The notes beneath the pieces are model-generated. The model did not search any database, was not told where the DNA came from, and worked only from the letters and a program-made list of their open reading frames with translations. Shown here one piece after another: positions 17,678 to 25,887 of a stretch of DNA of 45,487 nucleotides (position 1 is the first letter of the stretch; each line of letters starts with the position of its first letter). Both the position numbers and the translations under genes were made by a program. Source of the DNA: a virus (Duplodnaviria > Caudoviricetes); the IMG/VR virus record IMGVR_UViG_3300027815_000001, positions 1 through 45,487 of that record; one strand, given 5' to 3'.

Positions 17678-18942
17678 GTTGTCTCCAATGAGCGGGTGTA
17701 GCCCTTGTTGCCGAGGCTCAGGTTATCCTCTGCGCCTGGGCGTTTGTCCTTGCGGCGGCTGGCGTTACCGATAGGCCCATTCAGTGGCGAGGCGTTCATG
17801 TCCTGCAAGCCTGTGCCCTCGTATGGTGGCGACGTGATGATGGCGTCTACAGGGCGGGTGTAATCGTATTCTCGTTTTGACCGCTCTGTAAACGGCTTAC
17901 CAGATGCTGCGAAGCGTTGTTCGTCGTTGGCTGAAGTGTGCCCCTCGTATGGCGGGCTAGTTATCACGGCGTCCACACCGTTGCCCTGGCCCTCTGGCTT
18001 CCTGAACGCCAGCACGGTTTCAAACTTCAACCGCTCGTCAAAGGCCGCTGGGTCACGCCGCTGCTGCAAGATGCGCCAGAAGCTCAGGCTCCAAAGCTCT
18101 CGCAACCATTCGTCGTGCTTCACCCAGCCCTCTTCCAGCAGCAGGGCCTCGGTCTGGCTGGGCAGGTCAACGTACTTGCCGTCACGGGTGAAGCCCTTTA
18201 GCACAAGGGCCATGAGGCCACCAGGTTTGAGAACCCTGAAGCACTCACGATACACGGCACTTTGAGCTTCCCAATATGCAGCCCCTCGGAGATTTCCGAT
18301 GTTCTCGCCGCCTCTGGCTTCATGTCCCCTTGTGGTGATGCCGTCTGTGTAGCTATGAAAGTCCTGCTTAGTCAGCGAAAGGTCGTTTACGCCACCGTCT
18401 TGGCGTAACCCCTCGTATGGCGGGCTTGTCAGGATCGTGTCCACCTGGGGGCGGGTGTAGCCTGTTATTCCAAGGGCATGTGCGCTATTCGGGTCACGCC
18501 CAGTTTGGATGGCTTTCTTTTCATTGAAAACCCTATCTTGCATCGCCACAATTCCTTCAAATGGTGGCGATGTAACCACGCCCGTCACGCAGGCATCGGG
18601 CAGCGGCAGCTTCCGTGCATCGCCCTGTAGAATCGTCACCTGGCCCATCGTGTAGCCCAGCATAGGGTGCTGTTTCATCTTCTCCCATGAGGCCCGCATC
18701 GGCTCTACGAAGTGGCTTTCCAGTTCCACAAGAACGACGTTGCGGCCCATAAGCGCCGCTATCATGGACGTTCCGATGCCGCCCATCGGGTCAAGAACGG
18801 TATCGCCCTCTTTGGAGTAGCGCAGCACCATCTCTTCCCACATGGCGATGTGGCCCTTTGCCGGATGCGCCATTGCCCCGTCTACCCAGAGCAGCTTGCG
18901 CTTCGGGCCGTCGTTCTTGAAACGCAAGACGGGGGTGGTCAC
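17674..18942 (-). CDS. DNA amino-methyltransferase (N4-C/N6-A) with four SPP[YF] motifs
   Basis: HPAK, VLDPMGGIGT (motif I), GDAR, ECFRVLKPGG, and TSPPF/TSPPY four times. Confidence 0.85.
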   Translation of the reverse strand: MTTPVLRFKNDGPKRKLLWVDGAMAHPAKGHIAMWEEMVLRYSKEGDTVLDPMGGIGTSMIAALMGRNVVLVELESHFVEPMRASWEKMKQHPMLGYTMGQVTILQGDARKLPLPDACVTGVVTSPPFEGIVAMQDRVFNEKKAIQTGRDPNSAHALGITGYTRPQVDTILTSPPYEGLRQDGGVNDLSLTKQDFHSYTDGITTRGHEARGGENIGNLRGAAYWEAQSAVYRECFRVLKPGGLMALVLKGFTRDGKYVDLPSQTEALLLEEGWVKHDEWLRELWSLSFWRILQQRRDPAAFDERLKFETVLAFRKPEGQGNGVDAVITSPPYEGHTSANDEQRFAASGKPFTERSKREYDYTRPVDAIITSPPYEGTGLQDMNASPLNGPIGNASRRKDKRPGAEDNLSLGNKGYTRSLETT

Positions 18943-19493
18943 GCCGTTGCCCCTTGCGCCATTGGCTTTGCGGGCCGCACACCTGCGAGTATCAGGTCGT
19001 CGTCCATCGTGCTGCTGGCGAAGAAGGCAAGCACATCATCCGGAAGGGTGGGCTGGAAGTATCTTGCTGCATTCCAGAGATACCAACCCGACAACTCTGG
19101 GTATTGTCCTGCGAACTTTTGCACCGCCTCCTGTTCGTCAGGGGTGAGGTCTCCCCAGCGCACCTGCCTGGGCTTCTGTGCTTCCTGCCCCCTAATGAGC
19201 GTAGGCCCCAAGAGCCGCGCCTCTGCTGCACGAATGTCAGCAAGCGTCAAGGGGGATGCTTCGGATCCAACCTTGGCAGAGAAGTCATCAATCATCTGTA
19301 CGCCGTCCAGCCGCAACCCAGGCTGCACGGCCCCTTCCGACAGGGCGGCTATGGCCTTGTCGCACTGAGCAACGGCCAGCAGTTCCACTTTGGCCTCGGC
19401 AATGAGTTTGTCGGCCTTCGCCTGGTGCTGGTCGCGCTGGGCCTGTAGCGACTTGATGATGGTCGCGTTGGCGTAGATACGGGGCTTAGGCAT
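18939..19493 (-). CDS. Hypothetical protein
   Basis: Coupled ORF with GGAGG RBS; coiled-coil N-terminus. Confidence 0.6.
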   Translation of the reverse strand: MPKPRIYANATIIKSLQAQRDQHQAKADKLIAEAKVELLAVAQCDKAIAALSEGAVQPGLRLDGVQMIDDFSAKVGSEASPLTLADIRAAEARLLGPTLIRGQEAQKPRQVRWGDLTPDEQEAVQKFAGQYPELSGWYLWNAARYFQPTLPDDVLAFFASSTMDDDLILAGVRPAKPMAQGATA

Positions 19494-19827
19494 CGGAGTC
19501 CTCCATTGGTTCGTAAGTCACCTCAAAGATGTCAGGTTTGCAGGGATAATGCTCTCCCTTGATGCCTGTGATAATCCAGTCTCCAGGGCAGACAATGTGA
19601 CCGCCTTCCCTCGTATCAATCCAGCCGTGCAGGTGCATTATTTGGCCACACTCCTCACAGGCTCGTTCCCCAGAGTCGTTGGGTCTGCGGTAGTAACGCA
19701 CTAAGAGTCCTTCGTATTCTCCCTCAATCTGCGGGTATCTGGGGGCAAGCGAATCTTGGGGGTGGTCACCGTTCTTCCACCATTGGTTGGCCTCTATCAC
19801 TATGGGCTTCTTGCGAAACTTAGGCAT
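19486..19827 (-). CDS. Conserved phage protein (PGDWII family)
   Basis: FRKKPIVIEA...HGWIDTREGGHIVCPGDWIITGIKGEHYPCKPDIF. Confidence 0.8.
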   Translation of the reverse strand: MPKFRKKPIVIEANQWWKNGDHPQDSLAPRYPQIEGEYEGLLVRYYRRPNDSGERACEECGQIMHLHGWIDTREGGHIVCPGDWIITGIKGEHYPCKPDIFEVTYEPMEDSDA

Positions 19828-20089
19828 GGTCTTGCTCCTTTAGTCCAGCTTCATAGGCAGCAAGTGCTTGCGGGATGCCCATTTGTTCCCGTAGGGTGGG
19901 TGAAGGGACTGTATAGTCATCGTCTAGGAAATAGAGTAAATCTTTCAGGGCTACGTATATTGCCTTGACTTCCGCGCTGTTCATTGCATCCTTGAAACCT
20001 TGCCTGAGACTAAGGAGAGCAACAAGTTCCTCAGGTGACTCACACACCTTATCCTGATACGGTGTCACTGAGTTCCAGACCTTAGGCAT
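19820..20089 (-). CDS. Hypothetical protein
   Basis: GGAGG RBS; overlap-coupled. Confidence 0.6.
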   Translation of the reverse strand: MPKVWNSVTPYQDKVCESPEELVALLSLRQGFKDAMNSAEVKAIYVALKDLLYFLDDDYTVPSPTLREQMGIPQALAAYEAGLKEQDHA

Positions 20090-20399
20090 GAGTGTCCTCC
20101 GCTGCGCCGCTGTCTACCAGGACGGGCAGTAGGGCGTCGGTGATGTCGCGGGACATAGCCAATGCCATGCTCATACCTAAATTATCCATACCCCTGTGAT
20201 AGCCCAGGCCGCTCAGAATTGCATCCTCCACCTGTTCCCGCGTCAGCTTGGGTGCGGCGCGGTAGGCGGCGATGGCTTCTATCACGACCGCCACAGGGCA
20301 TTCGCCAGTCGTGTCCCTGTGATCCAGGTGTTTTAGGGATTCAATCGCCTTCACCAGCGCGTCCAGCGCCTCCAGCCGTGTCTGCTGCTTCATGGTCAT
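20082..20399 (-). CDS. Hypothetical protein
   Basis: AGGAG RBS before ATG 20399, a better start than 20651. Confidence 0.55.
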   Translation of the reverse strand: MTMKQQTRLEALDALVKAIESLKHLDHRDTTGECPVAVVIEAIAAYRAAPKLTREQVEDAILSGLGYHRGMDNLGMSMALAMSRDITDALLPVLVDSGAAEDTHA

Positions 20400-20607
20400 T
20401 GTGATACTCCTAGTTTCTTTCTCGCCCGCAAATGAACTTGGGGGGCGATTTGTTTCTATCGGTCGAGAGTGGCTGAATCGGACAGCCAATTCTTTATTAG
20501 TCGTTGGCCTGCTCGGAATACTGCATCCGTAGCTATAGGCGTTGCAGATACTTGCAGAGCGACCGGAAGAACGCACCAGCCTCCCGTTGTTGTGCCCGCC
20601 GTTGACA

Positions 20608-20802
20608 TCACTCACCCGCTGGCCGGATATCCCCCACGCCTGTGAGGACATGCGTAGTAACGTAATTGCGGTAATGGCGATTATCCTCTGACTCCTTTTT
20701 CAGTTCAACGAGAAACGTATCACCCATGACGGTGGTTTCCACGTCGTCGGCCTCAATGACCTCTGGCGCTCGGTTGTCCTTATAGCTGATTAGGTACTTC
20801 AT
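20608..20802 (-). CDS. Hypothetical protein
   Basis: AAGGAG RBS; first gene downstream of the structured RNA. Confidence 0.6.
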   Translation of the reverse strand: MKYLISYKDNRAPEVIEADDVETTVMGDTFLVELKKESEDNRHYRNYVTTHVLTGVGDIRPAGE

Positions 20803-20884
20803 GGTCTCTCCTTGCTGTTACAAACTATTAGCCCCGTGGCTAAACTTAGCCCGCCGTTGCTGCTTGGCCTGTCACCCAGCGACA

Positions 20885-21336
20885 TGCCGTGCCCGTTCAA
20901 GTGCAGCATCCCCTATGTCTCTCACCTCACCCTCTTGCGAGGGACGGCGGGCCTTGCTGACGCCCAGGGCCTGGCTTTGCCTGTAGTGCAGTAGGCGAAC
21001 TACCCACACTTGATCATCCGGCTAGGCTTCACCCTGGGCGTCAGCAATGACTCCGTGCCGCCTATCCCGCCTGCCTTGCGGCTGTCTACCCTTACGGGCG
21101 GCGGGAAAACTCACATGGGCTAACGTGCCCTCGTCGCTCGTCTTGTCGGCGGCTCCTATGGTACGGTGCTGGCCCTTGTGCATCCAACGGTCTGCGCGCT
21201 GAGTTCACCCCTAACAAGTCCAGGGTAACGCTTCTTGACCCTTTCGGGCCGTCCCAAGCCATTGGTATCTGTCCAGCCACCGCCGCTTGCGCTGCCGCTC
21301 CCCCAGTGGAAGACGCTGGCAGCATTGAACGGTACG
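20885..21336 (-). ncRNA. Large structured non-coding RNA, unclassified (about 450 nt; may extend to about 20828)
   Basis: Long-range closing stems, a perfect 16-bp inverted repeat (20954-20969 / 21032-21047) and four GNRA-capped hairpins on the minus strand. No convincing CDS. Confidence 0.7.
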
Positions 21337-21344
21337 TTACGCCT

Positions 21345-21539
21345 TCACCTTCTTGGGCTTGTTCCATGTAATCGTTCCGCTAAAGAGGGTGTTCCATCGG
21401 TAGCACTAGGAACACTAATCTCTTCCGCTAAGTCCAGCAACCTGTGAATCACATCCCCGTAGGTCTCACGGGGATGCACCTTCAATGGCTCCAACCGTGC
21501 AAAGTCGGCCTCTTCAATAGCGATTGTCTTTAGTGCCAT
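21345..21539 (-). CDS. Small ribbon-helix-helix / antitoxin-like DNA-binding protein
   Basis: KTIAIEEADFARLEPLKVHPRETYGDVIHRLLD fits a beta-helix-helix pattern. Confidence 0.65.
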   Translation of the reverse strand: MALKTIAIEEADFARLEPLKVHPRETYGDVIHRLLDLAEEISVPSATDGTPSLAERLHGTSPRR

Positions 21540-21569
21540 GCCCTGCCTCTTTGTTGTGTGTTGCTAGGC

Positions 21570-21597
21570 ATTATAGCGGGTTGCGATGCGTTGTCAA
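21570..21597 (-). promoter_or_regulatory. Sigma70-type promoter TTGACA-16-TATAAT
   Basis: Perfect consensus hexamers upstream of the RHH gene and the ncRNA. Confidence 0.8.
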
Positions 21598-21944
21598 GGC
21601 TTCTTCCCTTCCTTTGGCGGGTCTGGGATGTTGATGCAGCCATACCAGAGGTGTTCATCTGCTTTCTGCGCCCATTCACCCCAGACCTTGCGGAACCTAC
21701 GGGAACCGTGAAGTCCTGCCCACCAGCAGAACACCAGCACTGCCTCACGGGTAACGGGCGGATAGTCTGCGATGGTCTCTTCTACACCGTCTATCAGTAC
21801 CCTGTCTAACAGGTATTCGCCGCCACCATCCACGGACACGACGCCATGCCGTTGATACCGAGGGTTGATAGTGAGCACGACTCCTTCGCCCTTCTGTGGC
21901 GTTGTGCCCGCCATTTCGCAAGCGAGGCAGTCAAAGGATGTCAT
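21594..21944 (-). CDS. Hypothetical protein
   Basis: Start at MTSFDCLAC with ATGA overlap and an AAGGAGG RBS. Confidence 0.55.
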   Translation of the reverse strand: MTSFDCLACEMAGTTPQKGEGVVLTINPRYQRHGVVSVDGGGEYLLDRVLIDGVEETIADYPPVTREAVLVFCWWAGLHGSRRFRKVWGEWAQKADEHLWYGCINIPDPPKEGKKP

Positions 21945-22387
21945 GCCTTCTCCCCTCCTTCGGTGATGATGATGGTCACGGAGTCGGCAACGCATCCTGT
22001 GAGGTACGGCGCAAAACTGGGGTGCAACCGCTGTGCGCTGTCGTCCACGAGGACACCCGCCGTTACCAGCGCGTCCCTCACCGGTTTCAGGGCGATGTAC
22101 AGGTTGTCCCAATCTCGCCTCGTACGTTTCTTGGCGTGGATGATGATGTGTTCGGTTGCCTGTTCCATCGGCGGGCCGAACCATCCCTGTTCCCTGATAA
22201 GGGCAAGCGCCTCTTCACGGGCTGCGGCTTTGGCCTCTATATGCACCCAGGGCATTCGCTCGTTGCGCCCATTGGTTCCCGCCTTATAGTCAGGCAGATG
22301 GGGCAGGACGATGGTAATGCTGCGGGGCCGTTTCACCTGCAGCCTCTCGGCGACGGCTTGGGCTTCGGGCGATACGAGTCTAGGCAT
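21941..22387 (-). CDS. RusA-like Holliday junction resolvase / endonuclease
   Basis: RRDWDNL...KPVRDALVTAGVLVDDS matches the RusA D-x-D-N...K...D-x-L...DD motif. Confidence 0.75.
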   Translation of the reverse strand: MPRLVSPEAQAVAERLQVKRPRSITIVLPHLPDYKAGTNGRNERMPWVHIEAKAAAREEALALIREQGWFGPPMEQATEHIIIHAKKRTRRDWDNLYIALKPVRDALVTAGVLVDDSAQRLHPSFAPYLTGCVADSVTIIITEGGEKA

Positions 22388-22649
22388 GGGCGTCCTCCCG
22401 TTCCACAACTCCGTGCTGTTCCAAGCAAGCCACACCAACGGCAATGACCTGCAATAACTCTCTCAGTGCATCTTTGTCACCGTTACCTTTGAGCCAACCC
22501 TGCTCTGCCTCTTCCAATTCGCCACGCATAATTAGGAGCCAACCAGGAACATCATGCGGATGTTCAAATGGCGTTCCCCACTTATCGTCTTGATAGGCTC
22601 GCTCACGGGTAATTGCAGCATAAATATCCGCTTGTGAGACATTAGGCAT
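22380..22649 (-). CDS. MazG-like nucleotide pyrophosphohydrolase-fold protein
   Basis: ERAYQDDKWG...ELEEA...ELLQVIAVGVACLE. Confidence 0.65.
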   Translation of the reverse strand: MPNVSQADIYAAITRERAYQDDKWGTPFEHPHDVPGWLLIMRGELEEAEQGWLKGNGDKDALRELLQVIAVGVACLEQHGVVEREDAHA

Positions 22650-23109
22650 GGGTGTTCTCCTTGCCCCATCTGGCTTCACCACGGTCAACCAAACGCTGCA
22701 CGCACCGAGTGCTTATCTGAAGCAGCCACGACTCAGCAGACGGCATCAACACTCCGTTATCCGTCCAATCAGGAACTCCCTTACATTCCATTGTGCCGAC
22801 AGCGTTTTCACCGAACCACTTGAACAGCGCCCAGTACGCCTCTGCGCCCTGCTTCGGTGTCCAGCCACGACCAGCACAACCGCAAAATAGGTGTTCCGTA
22901 TAGAGGCCTCCAGACCCCTTGCACGGGCCAAAGCGCAGGTCAGGAATCAGCGGCACGTAGCCCGTGCCTTCGCATAGCTCACAAGCAACTTCCGTACCGC
23001 CGTACAAAGTCTTACCTACGGCCAGACCTACCTTTGCACCACACATAGTTGATGTGCAGGGCTTCTTGGCCCCTGCTATTCTGGTGAGTTGTTCAAGTTC
23101 GGTTAGCAT
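22642..23109 (-). CDS. Hypothetical protein with CxxCxGxG motifs
   Basis: CELCEGTGYVP and CGCAGRGW; AAGGAG RBS. Confidence 0.6.
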   Translation of the reverse strand: MLTELEQLTRIAGAKKPCTSTMCGAKVGLAVGKTLYGGTEVACELCEGTGYVPLIPDLRFGPCKGSGGLYTEHLFCGCAGRGWTPKQGAEAYWALFKWFGENAVGTMECKGVPDWTDNGVLMPSAESWLLQISTRCVQRLVDRGEARWGKENTHA

Positions 23110-23293
23110 CCTGTTCTCCTTCTGTCCATGTCCAGATACAGCCACAGACCATGCGGAAGCGTTTTGGGAAATCCTCTTCACCTGCCATCCTTAGAATTGT
23201 TACCGTTTCCCTCGCAGGCTTCGGAAATTGTACAGCCCCGTGCACGGGACAATATCCTTCTAGTACGGGGAGTTGTTCAAGCTCGCTCGGCAT
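23093..23293 (-). CDS. Small zinc-ribbon protein
   Basis: CPVH...CGC. Confidence 0.5.
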   Translation of the reverse strand: MPSELEQLPVLEGYCPVHGAVQFPKPARETVTILRMAGEEDFPKRFRMVCGCIWTWTEGEQDANRT

Positions 23294-23300
23294 GGTATTC

Positions 23301-23492
23301 CTACTTCACTATCATGTTGTGAACGTTAGGTTTAGGTTTCAGCGCAAGTTCGGCTTCAAGTTTCGCGATGCGGGCTTGTTGCCTCCTTATTACCGCAACC
23401 GCACAGTCAAAATGCACTTGCCAACACGTATCCCAATGAGTGCTTGGTGTCTCTTTGCGCGTGATAATGAAGTTCTGTTCGTCAGTCGTCAC
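23301..23492 (-). CDS. Hypothetical protein
   Basis: THWDTCWQVHFDCA followed by a coiled coil; GTGA overlap. Confidence 0.5.
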   Translation of the reverse strand: MTTDEQNFIITRKETPSTHWDTCWQVHFDCAVAVIRRQQARIAKLEAELALKPKPNVHNMIVK

Positions 23493-23911
23493 TTTGCGCC
23501 ATCCTGTTGCTTGGCCCATTGCTCTGCCGCCAGAACTACAGCAGTACCCAGTTCAAGGTGTTTAGACCAGTCCACTACACCTGCTGCCGTCACCCACCAG
23601 AAAGTTGAGGATGGGACAGGATGAAGTACATCCATCTTGCACTGCTCAATGAGCATCGTGGTGATGTAACCACGGAGAGCCGCCTGGATTGGGAAGTTGT
23701 CCTCAAAATCCAGTGCCTCCGCCAGCCCCGGGAACAGCGGGACGCGGCCAGTGCCCTTGCAAGCGGGATGTGGTTGGTCTTGGAAACGGCGATACCCGAA
23801 CTCGGTATGCACTCCGTTGACCATCCAAATGCCAAAATCTTGTGAGCGATCATCCGGGCACGGCCCCGTCATTGCCGCCAACCGCTTGACCGCCTCGGTA
23901 AACTCACTCAT
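23489..23911 (-). CDS. Hypothetical protein with CxGxG motif
   Basis: HPACKGTGRVPLFPGL; AGGAGG RBS. Confidence 0.6.
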   Translation of the reverse strand: MSEFTEAVKRLAAMTGPCPDDRSQDFGIWMVNGVHTEFGYRRFQDQPHPACKGTGRVPLFPGLAEALDFEDNFPIQAALRGYITTMLIEQCKMDVLHPVPSSTFWWVTAAGVVDWSKHLELGTAVVLAAEQWAKQQDGAK

Positions 23912-24219
23912 GGTATCCTCCTACCATAAAAAGGCCATTGAATATGAATATGATGCCCACCTTCGCAGAAGTGACAGGTAACTTTCTCACCGCCAGCTTG
24001 ACGAATCTGGCAGTAATCTAGCGGAATATAATTTGAGGGTTCCGAGATGTCGCCTAGACGAGTTATCTTGTGTAAGGGCACTTCCACGGGAATAGTACCC
24101 TCGTACTTGGCCCGCCACATCTCCGCCGCTGGGATTCCTGTGACATTCCTCCCCTCCATCCCCTCTGCAAAAGGAGCACCTAACCCGGTATTTGCATCTA
24201 CAGCAACAATGACACTCAT
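23908..24219 (-). CDS. Hypothetical protein
   Basis: AAGGAG RBS; ATGA coupling. Confidence 0.55.
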   Translation of the reverse strand: MSVIVAVDANTGLGAPFAEGMEGRNVTGIPAAEMWRAKYEGTIPVEVPLHKITRLGDISEPSNYIPLDYCQIRQAGGEKVTCHFCEGGHHIHIQWPFYGRRIP

Positions 24220-24638
24220 GGCTTTGCTCCTTCCGCTTCTAGTGCCTGTTTGAGCACATCACACCATGCTTGCTCCACTGTCAAGTTAGCGGCGTCTACC
24301 CGATAGTGTCCTACCCAGGTCGCATGGCGTACTTCCAGTACAAAGAAACTATTCACCCAAGTGAAGATGAAGTGCGGCTTCCACCGTTGCCGTGCCGCTT
24401 CCAACACGTCGCCGAGGTTCGGAGTAGGGAGCCAGCCGCGACCAGCACAGTTTGCGCATACCCCAAACCCAGAATCGTAAGGAATTGGATTGTCAACATG
24501 TCTAATTTCTCCTCCCGGGTAGGAGAATCCCCTTACGCACGGCGTTCGCAGCCTATCTACACCGTCAGGCCCAAGCAGCACCAACGCAGGTGTGCCAGCG
24601 GAGTTTTTCAACAAGAGTAGGTCTAGGATAGTTGTCAT
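24216..24638 (-). CDS. Hypothetical protein with CxxCxGxG motif
   Basis: CANCAGRGWLP; GGAGG RBS before ATG 24638. Confidence 0.6.
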   Translation of the reverse strand: MTTILDLLLLKNSAGTPALVLLGPDGVDRLRTPCVRGFSYPGGEIRHVDNPIPYDSGFGVCANCAGRGWLPTPNLGDVLEAARQRWKPHFIFTWVNSFFVLEVRHATWVGHYRVDAANLTVEQAWCDVLKQALEAEGAKP

Positions 24639-24886
24639 GGCCGGGGCCTCCACTTCTGGTAGGCCATGCTCAGGTTCGCCCAAACTATTGCGGATGTCCC
24701 AAAGGCAAACCCGATGTGCTCCGCCTGGGAACCAGTGATGCGCCCGCCGTCCAGGATTGCTTGCAACTCAGGCTCTGGTAGCACTGAGTGGTACGCCATG
24801 TCCGTGAGAGACCAGCCGCGCTCCTCCATCTCCTCACGGATGAAGTCACCCGGCGGGAATATCTCTGCGGGGATACGCTCTTTCAT
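24635..24886 (-). CDS. HigA-like HTH (XRE family) protein
   Basis: PAEIFPPGDFIREEMEERGWS...FGTSAIVWANL...Y. Confidence 0.8.
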   Translation of the reverse strand: MKERIPAEIFPPGDFIREEMEERGWSLTDMAYHSVLPEPELQAILDGGRITGSQAEHIGFAFGTSAIVWANLSMAYQKWRPRP

Positions 24887-25653
24887 GGCCTCTCCTTCAT
24901 CGTCCAAATGTCGTCAGGGATGCGCCCCTGTAGGCCAGGGACACGCCCTGAGTCCTGTTTTACCCATACAGGGACGCCCGCTGCCCTGCACTGCCCCACA
25001 GCGCCTTCCAGGGCAGCAATATCAAGCTCCCGCCGCACACCTTTGGGGCCGCTTTCACCCCCAAAGATCGCCCAGTTCAAGGTCAGGCCCTTGCAGACGC
25101 AAGGCTTCTGCCCGCATCCGCACTTGTAGAGCCACGGCTTGATGTCCAGCGGCCCCAGCAACGGCTCAAAGCTGGCAAACGTGGTGACGCTTGGGTAGAG
25201 AGCTTTGATCTTTGCCAGCGTCCCTAGCCGCCACACGTAGTCCTGGGATTCCACGCTCACCCCTGCCCAAATGTTTGCGCGCCAGGCATTCCCCTTTGCC
25301 CAGGCCAGCATGTTCGCTGGCCGCTTGGTGAGCACCTGGAACGTGAGGTTTGGGCATTGGCGCATGATGGCCCACGCACCATAGCGCCAACGATCAGCGG
25401 CAGGATGGAAGAAGTCCGACCAGGAACAGGTGAACACAAAGGCTTGTTCGCCCTTGCCCGCTGCCTCACGCTGCCATTTGAGGGGCGCTTTGAACGTGGC
25501 ATCCGAGGATCGGTGGATGTCCGCCGGGTCATTGTCGTACCGCGCCATGTCCCGAAACATGTAGCAGTTGTCGCAGCCGGGGCTGACCTTCGCGCAGCCG
25601 ATAAAAGGATTCCACGTCTTGTCAGTCCAGGAAATCGCTGTAGTTTCACCCAT
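24883..25653 (-). CDS. DUF5131 family (phage Gp37/Gp68) protein
   Basis: ISWTDKTWNPFIGCAKVSPGCDNCY, WSDFFH, FQVLTKRP, SFEPLLG, GGESG, VKQ. Confidence 0.9.
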   Translation of the reverse strand: MGETTAISWTDKTWNPFIGCAKVSPGCDNCYMFRDMARYDNDPADIHRSSDATFKAPLKWQREAAGKGEQAFVFTCSWSDFFHPAADRWRYGAWAIMRQCPNLTFQVLTKRPANMLAWAKGNAWRANIWAGVSVESQDYVWRLGTLAKIKALYPSVTTFASFEPLLGPLDIKPWLYKCGCGQKPCVCKGLTLNWAIFGGESGPKGVRRELDIAALEGAVGQCRAAGVPVWVKQDSGRVPGLQGRIPDDIWTMKERP

Positions 25654-25656
25654 TGC

Positions 25657-25848
25657 TCACCTTGCTTCCTCTGCATCTATTTCTTTGTTCGCAGCAATCA
25701 CGTTGGCAAGAGCACCCATGTAGACCTCTTCCCCATATTTAGCACACATCTCATCCATGACCCTCAAAATCACTTGTTGGTATAAGGCTATGTCAGCCTC
25801 TTGCTGCGGCGAGAGTTTCCGCCTCTTCCGAGATGCAATCATGGTCAC
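25657..25848 (-). CDS. Hypothetical protein
   Basis: AAGGAG RBS. Confidence 0.5.
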   Translation of the reverse strand: MTMIASRKRRKLSPQQEADIALYQQVILRVMDEMCAKYGEEVYMGALANVIAANKEIDAEEAR

Positions 25849-25887
25849 TCCTTGTACGGTTCCCTGTACCGCCTGTTCGTTGGGGTG

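Noticed and set aside
21092-21367. 91-aa ORF overlapping the large structured RNA
   Set aside because: No clear RBS and no protein-like motif; the dense base-pairing explains the sequence better. Not fully excluded.
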